Assembly: GCA_965369655.1 (NCBI GenBank)
Contig: CBDUQR010000001.1
Span: 1 to 64,000 of the forward strand
Direction: 5' to 3'
DNA from: an uncultured bacterium
GTDB lineage: Bacteria; Zixibacteria; MSB-5A5; JAABVY01; JAHJOQ01
Length of the DNA: 64,000 nt
Shown: positions 41,504 to 51,541 of the stretch, piece by piece
Layout: each line of letters starts with the position of its first letter
Position numbering within the stretch: the first letter of the stretch is position 1
Notes under the pieces: model-generated
What the model was told of the DNA's origin: nothing
The model's database searches: none
Seen by the model: the letters and a program-made list of their open reading frames with translations, nothing else
Position numbers and translations under genes: made by a program

Positions 41504-42651
41504 TACCTGTCGACCTCCGGCATGATCGCATCAAACGACGCGAAGATGGCCACAAGGTCCGCAATCTTCAGTCCGTTGACGATCTCCGGCAGCACCATGA
41601 TATGATTGTACGACGAACCGCGCAGTTTCACGCGAGTAGGCTTGGCAGTGCCGTCGCTGATGATGTATGCTCCCATCTCTCCACGGGCCGACTCTATTCG
41701 AGTGTAGCATTCGCCAGCCGCAGGTTTGAACGATGGTTTGATTTTGGCTCGGAACTCACCCTCAGGGAGTCCGTCAAGCGCCTGCCTGACGATCTTCACC
41801 GCTTCCCGCATCTCACGAATTCTTACAATGTATCTATCCCATGTATCGCCGACCGTTCCGGTTGGAATGTCAAAGTCAAACTTGTCGTAGAAACCGTAAG
41901 TGTCGTCTTTCCTGAGATCCCATTTCATGCCGCTGCCACGCAGAACCGGTCCCGAGACTCCGTAATCGAGCGCAATATCTATCGGAAGAATGCCGATATT
42001 CTTAGTGCGGGTCAGGAAGATCGGGTTGTACGTCAGCAGGTCTTCATAGTCATCGACCAGCGGCGTGAAGTAATCGAGGAACTCGCGGCACTTTTTCTCG
42101 AAGCCGACAGGCAAATCTCTGGATACACCACCGACTCGAATGTAATTGTAGAGCAGACGCTGCCCGCACGTCATCTCGAAGAGATCCATGATGTATTCGC
42201 GCTCGCGCAGACAGTAGAGAAACGGCGTGATCGCGCCAAGATCGAGCGCGAACGTTGCGAGCCAGACAAGGTGTGATGCAATCCTGTTCAGTTCCACCAT
42301 TATCACCCTGATATATTCTGCGCGTTCGGGCACTTCGACCTGCGCAATCTTCTCGACGCCGAGGCAGAACACCCAGTTGCACGCCATCGACATCAGGTAT
42401 TCAAATCTGTCCATGAGTGGGATTATTTGCGCGTAAGTACGATTCTCTGAAATCTTTTCGATCGCCCTGTGAAGGTACCCGATGTGCGGCTGGCAGTTTT
42501 TGACAACCTCGCCGTCCATCGTCAGGAGAAGTCTGCAGACGCCGTGTGTCGACGGGTGCTGCGGACCCATATTGACGAAGAACTCCTGAGTGTCAAAACC
42601 CGAGTCAGTCGAAATCAGTTGTCCGTTCACAGATTCTGTAATATCGTCCAT
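41503..42651 (-). CDS. nuoD: Complex I subunit D
   Basis: NMGPQHPSTHGV, GYLHR and C-terminal EVDR; no NiFe-binding CxxC pairs. Confidence 0.97.
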   Translation of the reverse strand: MDDITESVNGQLISTDSGFDTQEFFVNMGPQHPSTHGVCRLLLTMDGEVVKNCQPHIGYLHRAIEKISENRTYAQIIPLMDRFEYLMSMACNWVFCLGVEKIAQVEVPERAEYIRVIMVELNRIASHLVWLATFALDLGAITPFLYCLREREYIMDLFEMTCGQRLLYNYIRVGGVSRDLPVGFEKKCREFLDYFTPLVDDYEDLLTYNPIFLTRTKNIGILPIDIALDYGVSGPVLRGSGMKWDLRKDDTYGFYDKFDFDIPTGTVGDTWDRYIVRIREMREAVKIVRQALDGLPEGEFRAKIKPSFKPAAGECYTRIESARGEMGAYIISDGTAKPTRVKLRGSSYNHIMVLPEIVNGLKIADLVAIFASFDAIMPEVDR

Positions 42652-42660
42652 CTCTGTCCG

Positions 42661-43131
42661 TTACTCAGGCTTTATAATAAAGTCTTTGCCGGTCCAGCCC
42701 TTGCGCATCGGCGGCCCCTCGTTCCAGTCTTCAGGCAGTAACAGAGGACGCAGATCAGGGTGGTTCTTCACATTGATTCCGTACAACTCCCAGACTTCAC
42801 GCTCGAACCAGTCCGCAGCGCGGTATATGTCGCAGATCGTATCGATTTCAGGATTCTCGGTCGGGAGCTTGACCTTGACGGTCAGATTCTTCTTACTGGA
42901 CGTTGAGCTTATATGGTAAACAACTTCGAGATGTTCACCAGCATCAACACCCGACAGAGAAGACAGATAATCGAATTTGAATTCAGAAGTATTCTTCAAA
43001 TACTGGAAGAAATCGCGAACCGTAGATGCGTCTATGAGAACAGCATCCTGTACAGGCTCAAGGTCGAGCTTTTCGACCTTGCCCGGAAAAGCCACTATGA
43101 GAGATTCGACGACTGTGTCAGGCTTTGACAT
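42661..43131 (-). CDS. nuoC: Complex I subunit C
   Basis: [19 protein letters not shown] and PMRK. Confidence 0.95.
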   Translation of the reverse strand: MSKPDTVVESLIVAFPGKVEKLDLEPVQDAVLIDASTVRDFFQYLKNTSEFKFDYLSSLSGVDAGEHLEVVYHISSTSSKKNLTVKVKLPTENPEIDTICDIYRAADWFEREVWELYGINVKNHPDLRPLLLPEDWNEGPPMRKGWTGKDFIIKPE

Positions 43132-43639
43132 CCCTGCTCCAGTCAGCCATCTTTTCTTTCTTGACTTTTTCCATGAGCTTGAGGCAGCCCTCCATCAGCG
43201 ATTCTGGTCTGGGCGGGCAGCCGGGTATGTAAACATCCACAGGGATGATCTGATCGATGCCCTTGAGCACGGCATACGAATCATAGTAGAATGGACCGCC
43301 ACGTGTTGCGCAGCCACCCATCGCAATCACATATTTCGGCGACGCCATCTGATCGTAGAGCAGCTTGACTCGCGGAGCCATCTTGTGTGTCACCGTACCG
43401 GCGACGAACATCAGGTCGGATTGTCTCGGCGATGCTCGAAATATCATGCCGAATCTATCGAAATCATAGCGCGATGCACCTGCGCACATCATCTCAATCG
43501 CGCAGCAGGCGAGACCGAACAACATATACCAGAGGGAAGATGCCCTGCTCCAGTTGAGAACCTGCTCGAGCTTAGTCGTGATGATGCCTCCGCCGGGGAC
43601 CTGCTCAAAATAAACCGGAAGCTTGGAAGCTATACCCAT
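43118..43639 (-). CDS. nuoB: Complex I subunit B
   Basis: [17 protein letters not shown] and [12 protein letters not shown]; start reassigned to ATG 43639. Confidence 0.97.
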   Translation of the reverse strand: MGIASKLPVYFEQVPGGGIITTKLEQVLNWSRASSLWYMLFGLACCAIEMMCAGASRYDFDRFGMIFRASPRQSDLMFVAGTVTHKMAPRVKLLYDQMASPKYVIAMGGCATRGGPFYYDSYAVLKGIDQIIPVDVYIPGCPPRPESLMEGCLKLMEKVKKEKMADWSRDVKA

Positions 43640-43989
43640 TTCAACACACCTTTCTTCCAGGCGTAAACCAATCCGAAGATCAGGATGAAGAGGAACACAA
43701 GCATTTCGATCAGTGCGAAGAGTCCGAGTTGTTTGTAGACCAACGCCCACGGTATCAGGAACGCGACCTCAACGTCGAAAATCACGAACAGGAGAGCAAA
43801 TATATAGTAGCGAACGTTATACTGAATCCACGAAGGCCCGATGGTGGGTTCGCCGCATTCATACGGCTGAAGCTGCGCCTCGGTCGGGCGTTGTGGTCTG
43901 AAAATCCGCGCAATCGCGAAAGTGACGAGGACGAATCCTACGGAGACAACAAGGAAAATGCCGACTGTTCCGTAATGTTCAAGATGCAT
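43630..43989 (-). CDS. nuoA: Complex I subunit A
   Basis: PYECG, FVIFDVE, PWA and WKKGVLKW. Confidence 0.97.
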   Translation of the reverse strand: MHLEHYGTVGIFLVVSVGFVLVTFAIARIFRPQRPTEAQLQPYECGEPTIGPSWIQYNVRYYIFALLFVIFDVEVAFLIPWALVYKQLGLFALIEMLVFLFILIFGLVYAWKKGVLKWV

Positions 43990-44018
43990 GTCTCAAGCCT
44001 TCAGCCGAAGCCAGTTCC

Positions 44019-44036
44019 TTGTGACCAGGTTCACAA
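44019..44036. promoter_or_regulatory. Rex-type (or CRP-type) palindromic operator upstream of nuoA
   Basis: TTGTGACCAGGTTCACAA: one mismatch to Rex TTGTGAA-N4-TTCACAA and a perfect TGTGA-N6-TCACA core. Confidence 0.7.
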
Positions 44037-44188
44037 TTTTGCCTGCGACAGCCTCCGTCCAATAATTCGTACAATCAATGAACAAACAAGAACTTGTCAA
44101 GCAGAAATTAAGTGAAGCGAAAGATGTGGCAATGTCTGGGAAATATGTAAATAACCCGTGATCGTCGGAACTGTGCTCCGAAGTGAAG

Positions 44189-44214
44189 CGCAGAGGCATA
44201 GCCTCTGCGTGCAC
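44189..44214. repeat. Hairpin (REP-like or terminator) between the ERCC4 gene and nuoA
   Basis: CGCAGAGGC-ATA-GCCTCTGCG. Confidence 0.5.
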
Positions 44215-44275
44215 AAGATTCAAAGACGTCACCGTAGCGTATGCTGATGGTTCTGTCCGTCAAACAGGCTGTGGC

Positions 44276-44929
44276 CTAACTGTACTTCTTATTGATAAAC
44301 TGGAGTATCTTGTCGGCGCGTTTGTCTCCGATGCCGTCTACAGATACAAAGTCATCTTTTGAAGCGGCAAACAACCGTTTCAGCGTCCTGAACTGCTTGA
44401 GCATCGCAATGGCGATAGCAGTCCCGACATCGGGAAGAGACTCAACGATACCGAGCTGCTGTTCTTTGTCTTCGGAGAACTTGCGCTTTTTCTCGTCCTC
44501 GATCGGCGTGAACGTCATGCCATGCTGCGCCTGCCGGGAGATCATATAGATATATTCCGCCGAGTCCTTTGGATCCTGAGTGAAGATGATCGGCACGTGA
44601 TTGAGAATCGTGACATAAGAGATCGCCGACCTTATCTTGGTTGCGTTGACTCTCTTGTTGTCGTAGATATCGCAGCCTTCTATTATATACAACGGATTCG
44701 CAAATTCTCTCTTGAAATCGATAAGCTGTCTGAAGATAGATTTATCCTCTATGGAGTCGATGAACGCCTTGGAGTCCTTGCGTTCGACTGCCGTCGAGCC
44801 TGAGATTAGAAAATCTCCCATCTTCAGGTTCGCGAATCGGATCTGCAAGCCAAGTTCCTGGAGATGTTTGGCGACGGGGCCGTCTTTCTCGAGGTTAGAT
44901 GCTATCAATGTAAGATCTGGCCCAAACAA
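44276..44929 (-). CDS. ERCC4/XPF-family nuclease domain plus tandem HhH
   Basis: GDFLIS...VERK, LYIIEG, LPDVG and VDGIG; GAGGAG RBS before TTG 44929. Confidence 0.88.
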   Translation of the reverse strand: MFGPDLTLIASNLEKDGPVAKHLQELGLQIRFANLKMGDFLISGSTAVERKDSKAFIDSIEDKSIFRQLIDFKREFANPLYIIEGCDIYDNKRVNATKIRSAISYVTILNHVPIIFTQDPKDSAEYIYMISRQAQHGMTFTPIEDEKKRKFSEDKEQQLGIVESLPDVGTAIAIAMLKQFRTLKRLFAASKDDFVSVDGIGDKRADKILQFINKKYS

Positions 44930-45037
44930 AATTATCTCCTCACTATCGGTTAAAGTACAATGAATTCCAAGTTGCAGGACAGTCGGCATACTGCCACTGT
45001 CAATATACACAGAACTATCAAATTTCCCAACACTAAA

Positions 45038-46306
45038 TCAAGTTTTTCTCTCTTTCTGCCTCGCTGCCGGGAAGAGGATATTGTTAAGTATCAGACGATA
45101 CCCGGGTGAATTCGGATAGAGGCTCAGGTCAGTAGGTGGGTCACCTATCATATGCTGATAGTCTTCGGGGTCATGTCCCGACAGGAATGTGAACGTCCCC
45201 TTCCCGAAATTGCCATGGACGTACCGCACCTCATCTTTGCCTTCCACCTCGGCTAAGACGATCACGAATTTCTTCAGGAGTGACTTGCGCATTGCAGTCG
45301 ACTGCCCCATGAAGCCGGGGACTGTCCCGACATGACATTGAACCAGCATGGTCGGCACCGGATCGAGCTTCGCCGAGAAGTCGAACAGCGAAAAGAAATC
45401 CGCCATCGGTCCGGCTATGTACGCGCGTCTTTCCGGATATGTATCTATGTCTGAATGCCTGTATTCATTTGCCTTCAATGATACAGTGAAATCCTCGAAC
45501 GCGAGACATTGATCGTAGTCGAGTTTCGACTGGCAGTCCGGATCGAATGGATCGCCGTCGTATTCCTGCGGCACAATATCCGTATTCCACGCAGCCAGCG
45601 CGATATCCATTGTCTCGGGTGCGGAGCACATCGCAAAGAGGAATCCGCCGCGCGCGATGAAGTCCTTTACGGCTCGTGCCACTGAGAGTTTGAGATCGGG
45701 AACTTTTGCGAAGCCGAGACCGCGAGCCATCATCTCGTTGGCGGCAACTTCCTGCTGATACCATGTCGCATTGTGATACATGGCATAGAATTTGCCGTAC
45801 TGACCGGTGAAATCCTCGTGGTGCAAATGCAGCCAATCGTAATTCTCAAGCTCACCAGCAAGGACATGCTCGTCCCAAACTGTCTCGTACGGGATTTCGG
45901 CATAAGCGAGCGCGAGTGTCACGGCGTCATCCCACGGCTCTTTATTCTCTGGCGAATAGATGGCAACAGCCGGAGCTTTTTCGAGATCGACGACCTCCAT
46001 ATTTTCCGAGTCGATAATCGCCATTATCTGAGAGACATCGCTCTCGGAAATAACTTGGTGTGATACGCCTCGCAGTAGGCAGACATTCTCGACATTGGTA
46101 CGCGCACTGGTCAGAAAGGAACCCGCCCTGTAATTGAGAAGCCACTGGACCTGCATGCCCTGCTGGAGGCACCAGAAAGCCACTCCGTAGGCTTTCAGGT
46201 GGTCCGTCTGTTCAAAATCCATTGGGATCAGAATCCGCTCCGCGCTCACGGCAGTAGTGCTGAGTATCAGTATCGCTAACGCTATCGATATTGCTTTAAC
46301 AAGCAT
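45038..46306 (-). CDS. Exported protein with a class I glutamine-amidotransferase-like fold, function unknown
   Basis: Signal peptide; YDWLHLHHEDFTGQYGKF, GGFLFAMCSA and GHDPEDY resemble a family I recall from FCB bacteria. Confidence 0.7.
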   Translation of the reverse strand: MLVKAISIALAILILSTTAVSAERILIPMDFEQTDHLKAYGVAFWCLQQGMQVQWLLNYRAGSFLTSARTNVENVCLLRGVSHQVISESDVSQIMAIIDSENMEVVDLEKAPAVAIYSPENKEPWDDAVTLALAYAEIPYETVWDEHVLAGELENYDWLHLHHEDFTGQYGKFYAMYHNATWYQQEVAANEMMARGLGFAKVPDLKLSVARAVKDFIARGGFLFAMCSAPETMDIALAAWNTDIVPQEYDGDPFDPDCQSKLDYDQCLAFEDFTVSLKANEYRHSDIDTYPERRAYIAGPMADFFSLFDFSAKLDPVPTMLVQCHVGTVPGFMGQSTAMRKSLLKKFVIVLAEVEGKDEVRYVHGNFGKGTFTFLSGHDPEDYQHMIGDPPTDLSLYPNSPGYRLILNNILFPAARQKERKT

Positions 46307-46570
46307 TCCAAGTTCGCCTAAAGCTCAACAAAAAGCTTCCAATGAGGTTATAGCGGATTTCCGCAACCAGTATTCCATTAGACAGAGAAAAACAGTATAT
46401 TTATCTTTCCGGACTTGTCAAGGTTTATATCACACAGTTCTTCTGCAAATGGTTCAGACGACGCCTCAAGAGAGGTCTCAGTAGTCATACCGGTGCGTTG
46501 TTAAGCGTGTTCCAGATATGTACGTGGTATTTGTCTGGTAATCATCAGATGTGGAGAGATAGTCCCATAA

Positions 46571-46682
46571 GTAGGTCGTGTTCCGAACCCCGTAGCGCGG
46601 GGTGAGAAACGCGACACCTCTACCTTGTTGACCGACAGTCGGGTTTCTTGCAGGCTTAGCCTGCTGTGGAACACCGACCTAC
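46571..46682. repeat. Inverted pair of GTAG REP-like elements (BIME/REPIN-like)
   Basis: GTAGGTCGTGTTCC...GAAACGCGAC at 46571-46615 (+) and GTAGGTCGGTGTTCC...GAAACCCGAC at 46638-46682 (-). Confidence 0.75.
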
Positions 46683-46711
46683 TGGAAACCAGTACAGAAG
46701 CTAGTCTCACA

Positions 46712-47716
46712 TCATGTTGTGAGTGATGCTTGCGCCGATGCGTCCAGAGTCAGATCGGAGGATTCTCCTCTCTTCAATCTTTCCAGCCCGGCGGCAGCGA
46801 TCATAGCGCCGTTATCGGTGCAAAGCTCGAGCGATGGGAAATAGACATTGAAGCCACCAGACTCGGCAGCCTTTCCAAGTATGGAACGTAGCGCGGAATT
46901 AGATGCAACGCCTCCCGCCACTGCGAGTTTGTCGAGTCTGGTTTCGTCGAGCGCCAGAAGGCATCTCCTGACGATTGCGTCGAGCAGGGCGGATTGGAAT
47001 GACGCGCAGATGTGAGGCAGGTTCTCTTTGATGAATGCGCCGGATTTTTCTTTCAGATACAATGCCACCGCCGTTTTCAAACCTGAGAATGAGAACGCGA
47101 ACGGATCGCCTCTGACAGCGGCGCGGGGAAACCTGTGGAACTCAGGGTTGCCTTCTCTGGCAAGGCTGTCGATCTTCGACCCGCCGGGGTAACCCAAGCC
47201 CAGCAGCTTGGCAACTTTGTCATACGCTTCGCCGGCGGCGTCATCGCGAGTCTGTCCAAGCATGCGGTAGGCGCAGTAATCCTCGACCAGCAGAAGCAGG
47301 GTGTGACCGCCGGAAATCACGAGAGAAATAAACGGTGGCTTGAGATCCGGATGCTCGAGATAATTCGAGCAGATATGCCCCTCAATATGATTGATGCCGA
47401 TGATTGGTTTGCCAGTGGAAAAGGCCAGTCCTTTCGCAAAGTTGACGCCGACGAGGAGCGAACCGATCAGGCCGGGAGCGCAGGTGACCGCTATTGCATC
47501 TATATCGTCGAGCGATATTCCGGCTGTTTTCATGCACTGTTCATAAATTGGGACGATCTTCCTGATCTGCTGTCGCGAGGCCACTTCCGGAACGATACCT
47601 CCGTATTCCTCGTGCTCGAGTTGAGAATAGATGGCATTCGAGAGAATGTGAAGGTCGCCGTCGATCAAAGCGCACGACGTCTCATCGCATGATGTCTCGA
47701 TCCCAAGGACGATCAT
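46712..47716 (-). CDS. tsaD: tRNA threonylcarbamoyltransferase TsaD
   Basis: LGIETSCDET, GGIVPEVASR, NHIEGH, SGGHT, DDAAGEAYDK and CTDNGAMIA. Confidence 0.98.
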   Translation of the reverse strand: MIVLGIETSCDETSCALIDGDLHILSNAIYSQLEHEEYGGIVPEVASRQQIRKIVPIYEQCMKTAGISLDDIDAIAVTCAPGLIGSLLVGVNFAKGLAFSTGKPIIGINHIEGHICSNYLEHPDLKPPFISLVISGGHTLLLLVEDYCAYRMLGQTRDDAAGEAYDKVAKLLGLGYPGGSKIDSLAREGNPEFHRFPRAAVRGDPFAFSFSGLKTAVALYLKEKSGAFIKENLPHICASFQSALLDAIVRRCLLALDETRLDKLAVAGGVASNSALRSILGKAAESGGFNVYFPSLELCTDNGAMIAAAGLERLKRGESSDLTLDASAQASLTT

Positions 47717-48636
47717 TCTCTCGGGACCTCGATCAGGATCTCCTTTGGAATGACGTCGACGAGGCGCAATTCTTTGGGGACTGTGACCCTCGGCTCTACA
47801 AACGTGCTGCCGGGCAGTACCGAGTCGATCGTTATCGATGCGCTGAACTGGTCTGCGCTGATACTGTCGAGCAGGCTCGGAATAGCTTCCACGATCACGG
47901 AAATCGATTCAGGCTTGATCGAGAGGGTGGGCAGCGACGCTGCGTGCCGGAGTGTAATCGGGATTCCGGTAAAAGTCCGTTCAGCGAGACGTATGATATC
48001 CTGGGCTATCACGACATTCGAGTCCGACAGAGTCAGATATGATGAATCCGGGAATGAGAGACGTACCTGTTCCGACAGGGGATCATCCATGTCCGTGAAT
48101 GTCAGTTTTTCCGTGTGAAGCCTTCTGATCTTTCTCACGACTCTCTTGGGACCGGAGATCGTCACCGAGTCGGGAGAGAATGTCAGGTTTCTATGCAACG
48201 AGTATCCAGCCGCAGCGGCAATCTCTATGTCCGGGACAATCGGGACTCGCTTGTCGAATCTCTCTTCAAACAGGAGCCGCAACTCCCGAGGTGAGACGAC
48301 GTCGAGAATCTCCGATGCGTTATTATGATTGAGAATCAGGTCGTCCGGAGCAAGGTCCACGACGTACAGCCCGGTCGAGTAGTCGGCTACTGACATTCGC
48401 GCCTCCTCGACATTGACGAGAAACTTGAGAAGTTCCTTCCCTGTTCCTCTGACGTTGATCGCGCACCGTTCCGGAATCTCGGATGCGAGCATGAGCCCAT
48501 CCTGGATACTCTCAATATGGAACGGCAATTCAAACATGTGCTCGTACGTCCGGTCGGTAACGACATGGACCCAGAGCAGAAAAGCGAGGGTTACGGCGAT
48601 CACTTTCACGGCTGGATGCTTCGGAACAATCTTCAA
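47713..48636 (-). CDS. CdaR/YbbR-like domain protein
   Basis: KVIAVTLAFLLWVHV anchor followed by YbbR-type repeats (PDSVTISGP). Confidence 0.8.
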   Translation of the reverse strand: MKIVPKHPAVKVIAVTLAFLLWVHVVTDRTYEHMFELPFHIESIQDGLMLASEIPERCAINVRGTGKELLKFLVNVEEARMSVADYSTGLYVVDLAPDDLILNHNNASEILDVVSPRELRLLFEERFDKRVPIVPDIEIAAAAGYSLHRNLTFSPDSVTISGPKRVVRKIRRLHTEKLTFTDMDDPLSEQVRLSFPDSSYLTLSDSNVVIAQDIIRLAERTFTGIPITLRHAASLPTLSIKPESISVIVEAIPSLLDSISADQFSASITIDSVLPGSTFVEPRVTVPKELRLVDVIPKEILIEVPRE

Positions 48637-48759
48637 TTACGACTCCAGATCATTTCCTGATGGTACGACATCATTGCCGCCAATGACTGAAACAAATTAG
48701 AGATGTCAGCATGGTTTGTCAAACAAAGATTATCGCCGTCGAGTCCGGTTCGCGCAGAA

Positions 48760-50280
48760 TCAGTTGTCACGGGTTCTCAGCGGGTTGTTCCAGTAGAATC
48801 GTGTAGCTCCCGATGGCGTGGCGAACCAGACGTGGTTACTGTCGAGCTTGATGTCGTTGATGTAGTTGTCTATCAGCCCGTCATCGACGCTGTAGCTGTC
48901 CCACATCTGCAGCAGCCTGTCATACCTGAGTACGCCATTATCTGTTCCGATCAGGAGCCTTTCGCCCGTGAATGCGATCCTGTGCGGAGTCAGGTCCTTG
49001 AGATCGGTATGCGTCAGATATGCTTCGACCTCGGCAAACGTGTCATCCAACTGGATTACTCCATCGCTGCCGACAAACCAGAGGAAGCCGAATGGGCCTT
49101 CGACAATCTGGTATATCACACCGCCGAGATGTCCGCTCGGTGTGTTGAAGCGGGACCATTTGTTTTTTTCGATATTCAGCCGATACACGCCGTAGTCGGT
49201 CCCGACCCACAGATATCCGGCGAAGCGAGTCATCGTCAGCACCTTGCTGGAAAAGAATTCCGGAGTGTCGAATGATAAGACTGCGCCTGTCGTCGTCACG
49301 AGAACGTCGATTGTGCCATTTCCGCCGATCAGCAGGATGCTGTCTTCAAGGAGAAGAGAGTAAACTTCAGTCGATCGAAGTCCGAACGCTCTCGTGAAGC
49401 TCCTGAATTTCTCATTTTTCTTGCGATATTGGATAAGACCGTTGTCCGTAGCGAAGAACACATGCTTGTCGTCACCGACGATTTCGTTGACTTCGTCCGA
49501 TGAAATCCGGTCGTGGTATCTACTCTCGAAATAGCTCCACTCATCTGTCTTTCTATTCCATCGCGTCAGGGCATTCTCTGTCGAGGGACCGGCCTTGCCC
49601 CCGAACCAGACCATGTCGTCATTGACGTAAACCGCCTGCACGTCTTCCTGGTACAGGCCGTGAGGTCGCAGGGTGACAAAATCGCTCATCAGATCGACAT
49701 CGGCGATTCCATGTCCGTATGTTGCAACCCAGAGATGATCGAACCGATCTTCCACTGCATTGATCACGCGATATTCCCTGAAGAACGGGTCAATCAGGTA
49801 TGTCAGGTCGGTCTCTTCAGTCATGCGATAACCGACATCGAGATGGTATGTCAGAAAATCTTTGTAGCGATCGAAATTGGGAGCTTCCAGATGATCAGGG
49901 AACGCATCTTCCATCCGCCAGTCCTGGAATGCCGGATCATAGCTCCATGCTCCCAGCGGTGTCAGAACATGAATCCGGTCATCCTCATTTCTGACGGCAA
50001 TCTGCCAGATTTCGTTTGTCGGAAGACCGTCAGACGTAGTTATGGGATTCTTCCATGTTTTTTCGAGGCTGGCATAACGCATTATTCCGCCCGTAGTGCC
50101 GAAATAGACGTCGCTCCATCCGAGCCCCACCGATGTCACGAATCTGGTCTGAGTGTAACTGACCCAGTCGCCCGGATAGTAGCCTTTCCTGTTCTGCGCC
50201 TGTGAATCGTGCGAGAGAAATACGAGCAATATCGCCGCAGTGATAATGTGAATCGCATGTGGTCTGAAAAGATTCTGCAT
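48760..50280 (-). CDS. Exported beta-propeller protein (two-component regulator propeller-like repeats)
   Basis: Repeated WxGT/ATxxG blades, DGLPTNEI and DGLIDNYI. Confidence 0.8.
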   Translation of the reverse strand: MQNLFRPHAIHIITAAILLVFLSHDSQAQNRKGYYPGDWVSYTQTRFVTSVGLGWSDVYFGTTGGIMRYASLEKTWKNPITTSDGLPTNEIWQIAVRNEDDRIHVLTPLGAWSYDPAFQDWRMEDAFPDHLEAPNFDRYKDFLTYHLDVGYRMTEETDLTYLIDPFFREYRVINAVEDRFDHLWVATYGHGIADVDLMSDFVTLRPHGLYQEDVQAVYVNDDMVWFGGKAGPSTENALTRWNRKTDEWSYFESRYHDRISSDEVNEIVGDDKHVFFATDNGLIQYRKKNEKFRSFTRAFGLRSTEVYSLLLEDSILLIGGNGTIDVLVTTTGAVLSFDTPEFFSSKVLTMTRFAGYLWVGTDYGVYRLNIEKNKWSRFNTPSGHLGGVIYQIVEGPFGFLWFVGSDGVIQLDDTFAEVEAYLTHTDLKDLTPHRIAFTGERLLIGTDNGVLRYDRLLQMWDSYSVDDGLIDNYINDIKLDSNHVWFATPSGATRFYWNNPLRTRDN

Positions 50281-50288
50281 AGCGACGC

Positions 50289-51473
50289 TTATTCGTCGAG
50301 GAAATCGATCAATGCTCGTGCGCATACGGCCATGCCGATCCTGATGGCTTCCTCATCCACCATGAACCTGCCATGGTGCCATGGATATATAGCACCAATT
50401 TGGCGATTCCGCACGCCAATTCTGAACATTGCGCCCGGAACATGTTCCAGATACTGGGCGAAATCCTCCGCAGCCATGATCGGGCGGTCGATTTCCACGA
50501 CACACTTTCGGCCGTACATCTCGCTCGCGGCCGCTCTGACGTACCGATTGATTCTTGCGCTGTTAGTCAATGGCGGATATCCGGTGATGAACCTCAATCT
50601 GTGTGTTGCACCTGCGGCGCGCGTAACATGTCTGCATGTCTGTTCAACCAGTTTTCTCATTCTTGCGGCTGTCTTTCGCGACAGCGAACGTATAGTTCCC
50701 TCGAGCAACACTCGGTCGGCCACCACATTCCTGGTTGCGCCGCCACCGATTGTACCGAATGTCAGGACAACCGGTTCCAGCGGATCAATCCTCCGGGATA
50801 CGACGTCCTGTAACTGCGCCACGACATTGGCCGCCACAACGATCGCATCAACAGACTGATGAGGTTTCGCCGCGTGACCGCTCTCCCCAATGATCTCGAG
50901 ATCGAAATCGTCCACTCCGGCCATCATGACGCCATCCCGCACGGCTATCCTGCCTGTTCGGAATTCCGGATCGACATGGAAGCCGAATATCGCATCAACG
51001 TCGGGCAAGGTCAGAACTCCCTGTTCGATCATCAACGACGCGCCTCCGGGAGGCGCCTCTTCCGCAGGCTGAAAGATGAACTTGACCGACCCCTTCAATG
51101 AATCGCGCATATCCGAGAGAATCGCAGCGGTCCCTGCGGCTATACTCATATGTACGTCATGGCCGCAGGCGTGCATTCGGCCTTTCACTTTCGATCTGTA
51201 TGGCAGCCCGGTCATCTCCTCGACAGCCAGCGCATCCATATCCGAACGCAATGCCGCGACACTGCCTGATCGATCCCCCGTGAGCAGCGCGGTAAACCCG
51301 GTACGTGCAATGTTTCTGCTGATCTTTAGTCCGAGAGGCCGAAGGAATTCCTTCAGCGTTGAGGCGGTCTTCTTTTCCTCGAAGGCGACTTCAGGATACT
51401 GATGCAGCACGCGTCTGAGCCTGAGCGCGGACCTGAAGTGTTTATCGGCGAGCTTTACGATCTCTGATTTCAT
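50289..51473 (-). CDS. M20D family amidohydrolase
   Basis: LHQYPE, RSDMDAL, MHACGHD, FQPAEE and AEDFA; start reassigned to ATG 51473. Confidence 0.95.
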   Translation of the reverse strand: MKSEIVKLADKHFRSALRLRRVLHQYPEVAFEEKKTASTLKEFLRPLGLKISRNIARTGFTALLTGDRSGSVAALRSDMDALAVEEMTGLPYRSKVKGRMHACGHDVHMSIAAGTAAILSDMRDSLKGSVKFIFQPAEEAPPGGASLMIEQGVLTLPDVDAIFGFHVDPEFRTGRIAVRDGVMMAGVDDFDLEIIGESGHAAKPHQSVDAIVVAANVVAQLQDVVSRRIDPLEPVVLTFGTIGGGATRNVVADRVLLEGTIRSLSRKTAARMRKLVEQTCRHVTRAAGATHRLRFITGYPPLTNSARINRYVRAAASEMYGRKCVVEIDRPIMAAEDFAQYLEHVPGAMFRIGVRNRQIGAIYPWHHGRFMVDEEAIRIGMAVCARALIDFLDE

Positions 51474-51541
51474 CGAAGACCGGTTACGAGCGCCGCTGTC
51501 GGGCGCACTTGATATGTTTCGCACTTGAACAAACAACTCTG

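Noticed and set aside
41503-43639. Group 4 [NiFe]-hydrogenase interpretation of the nuo cluster
   Set aside because: The large subunit lacks both CxxC nickel-binding motifs and has the quinone-site HPSTHG motif
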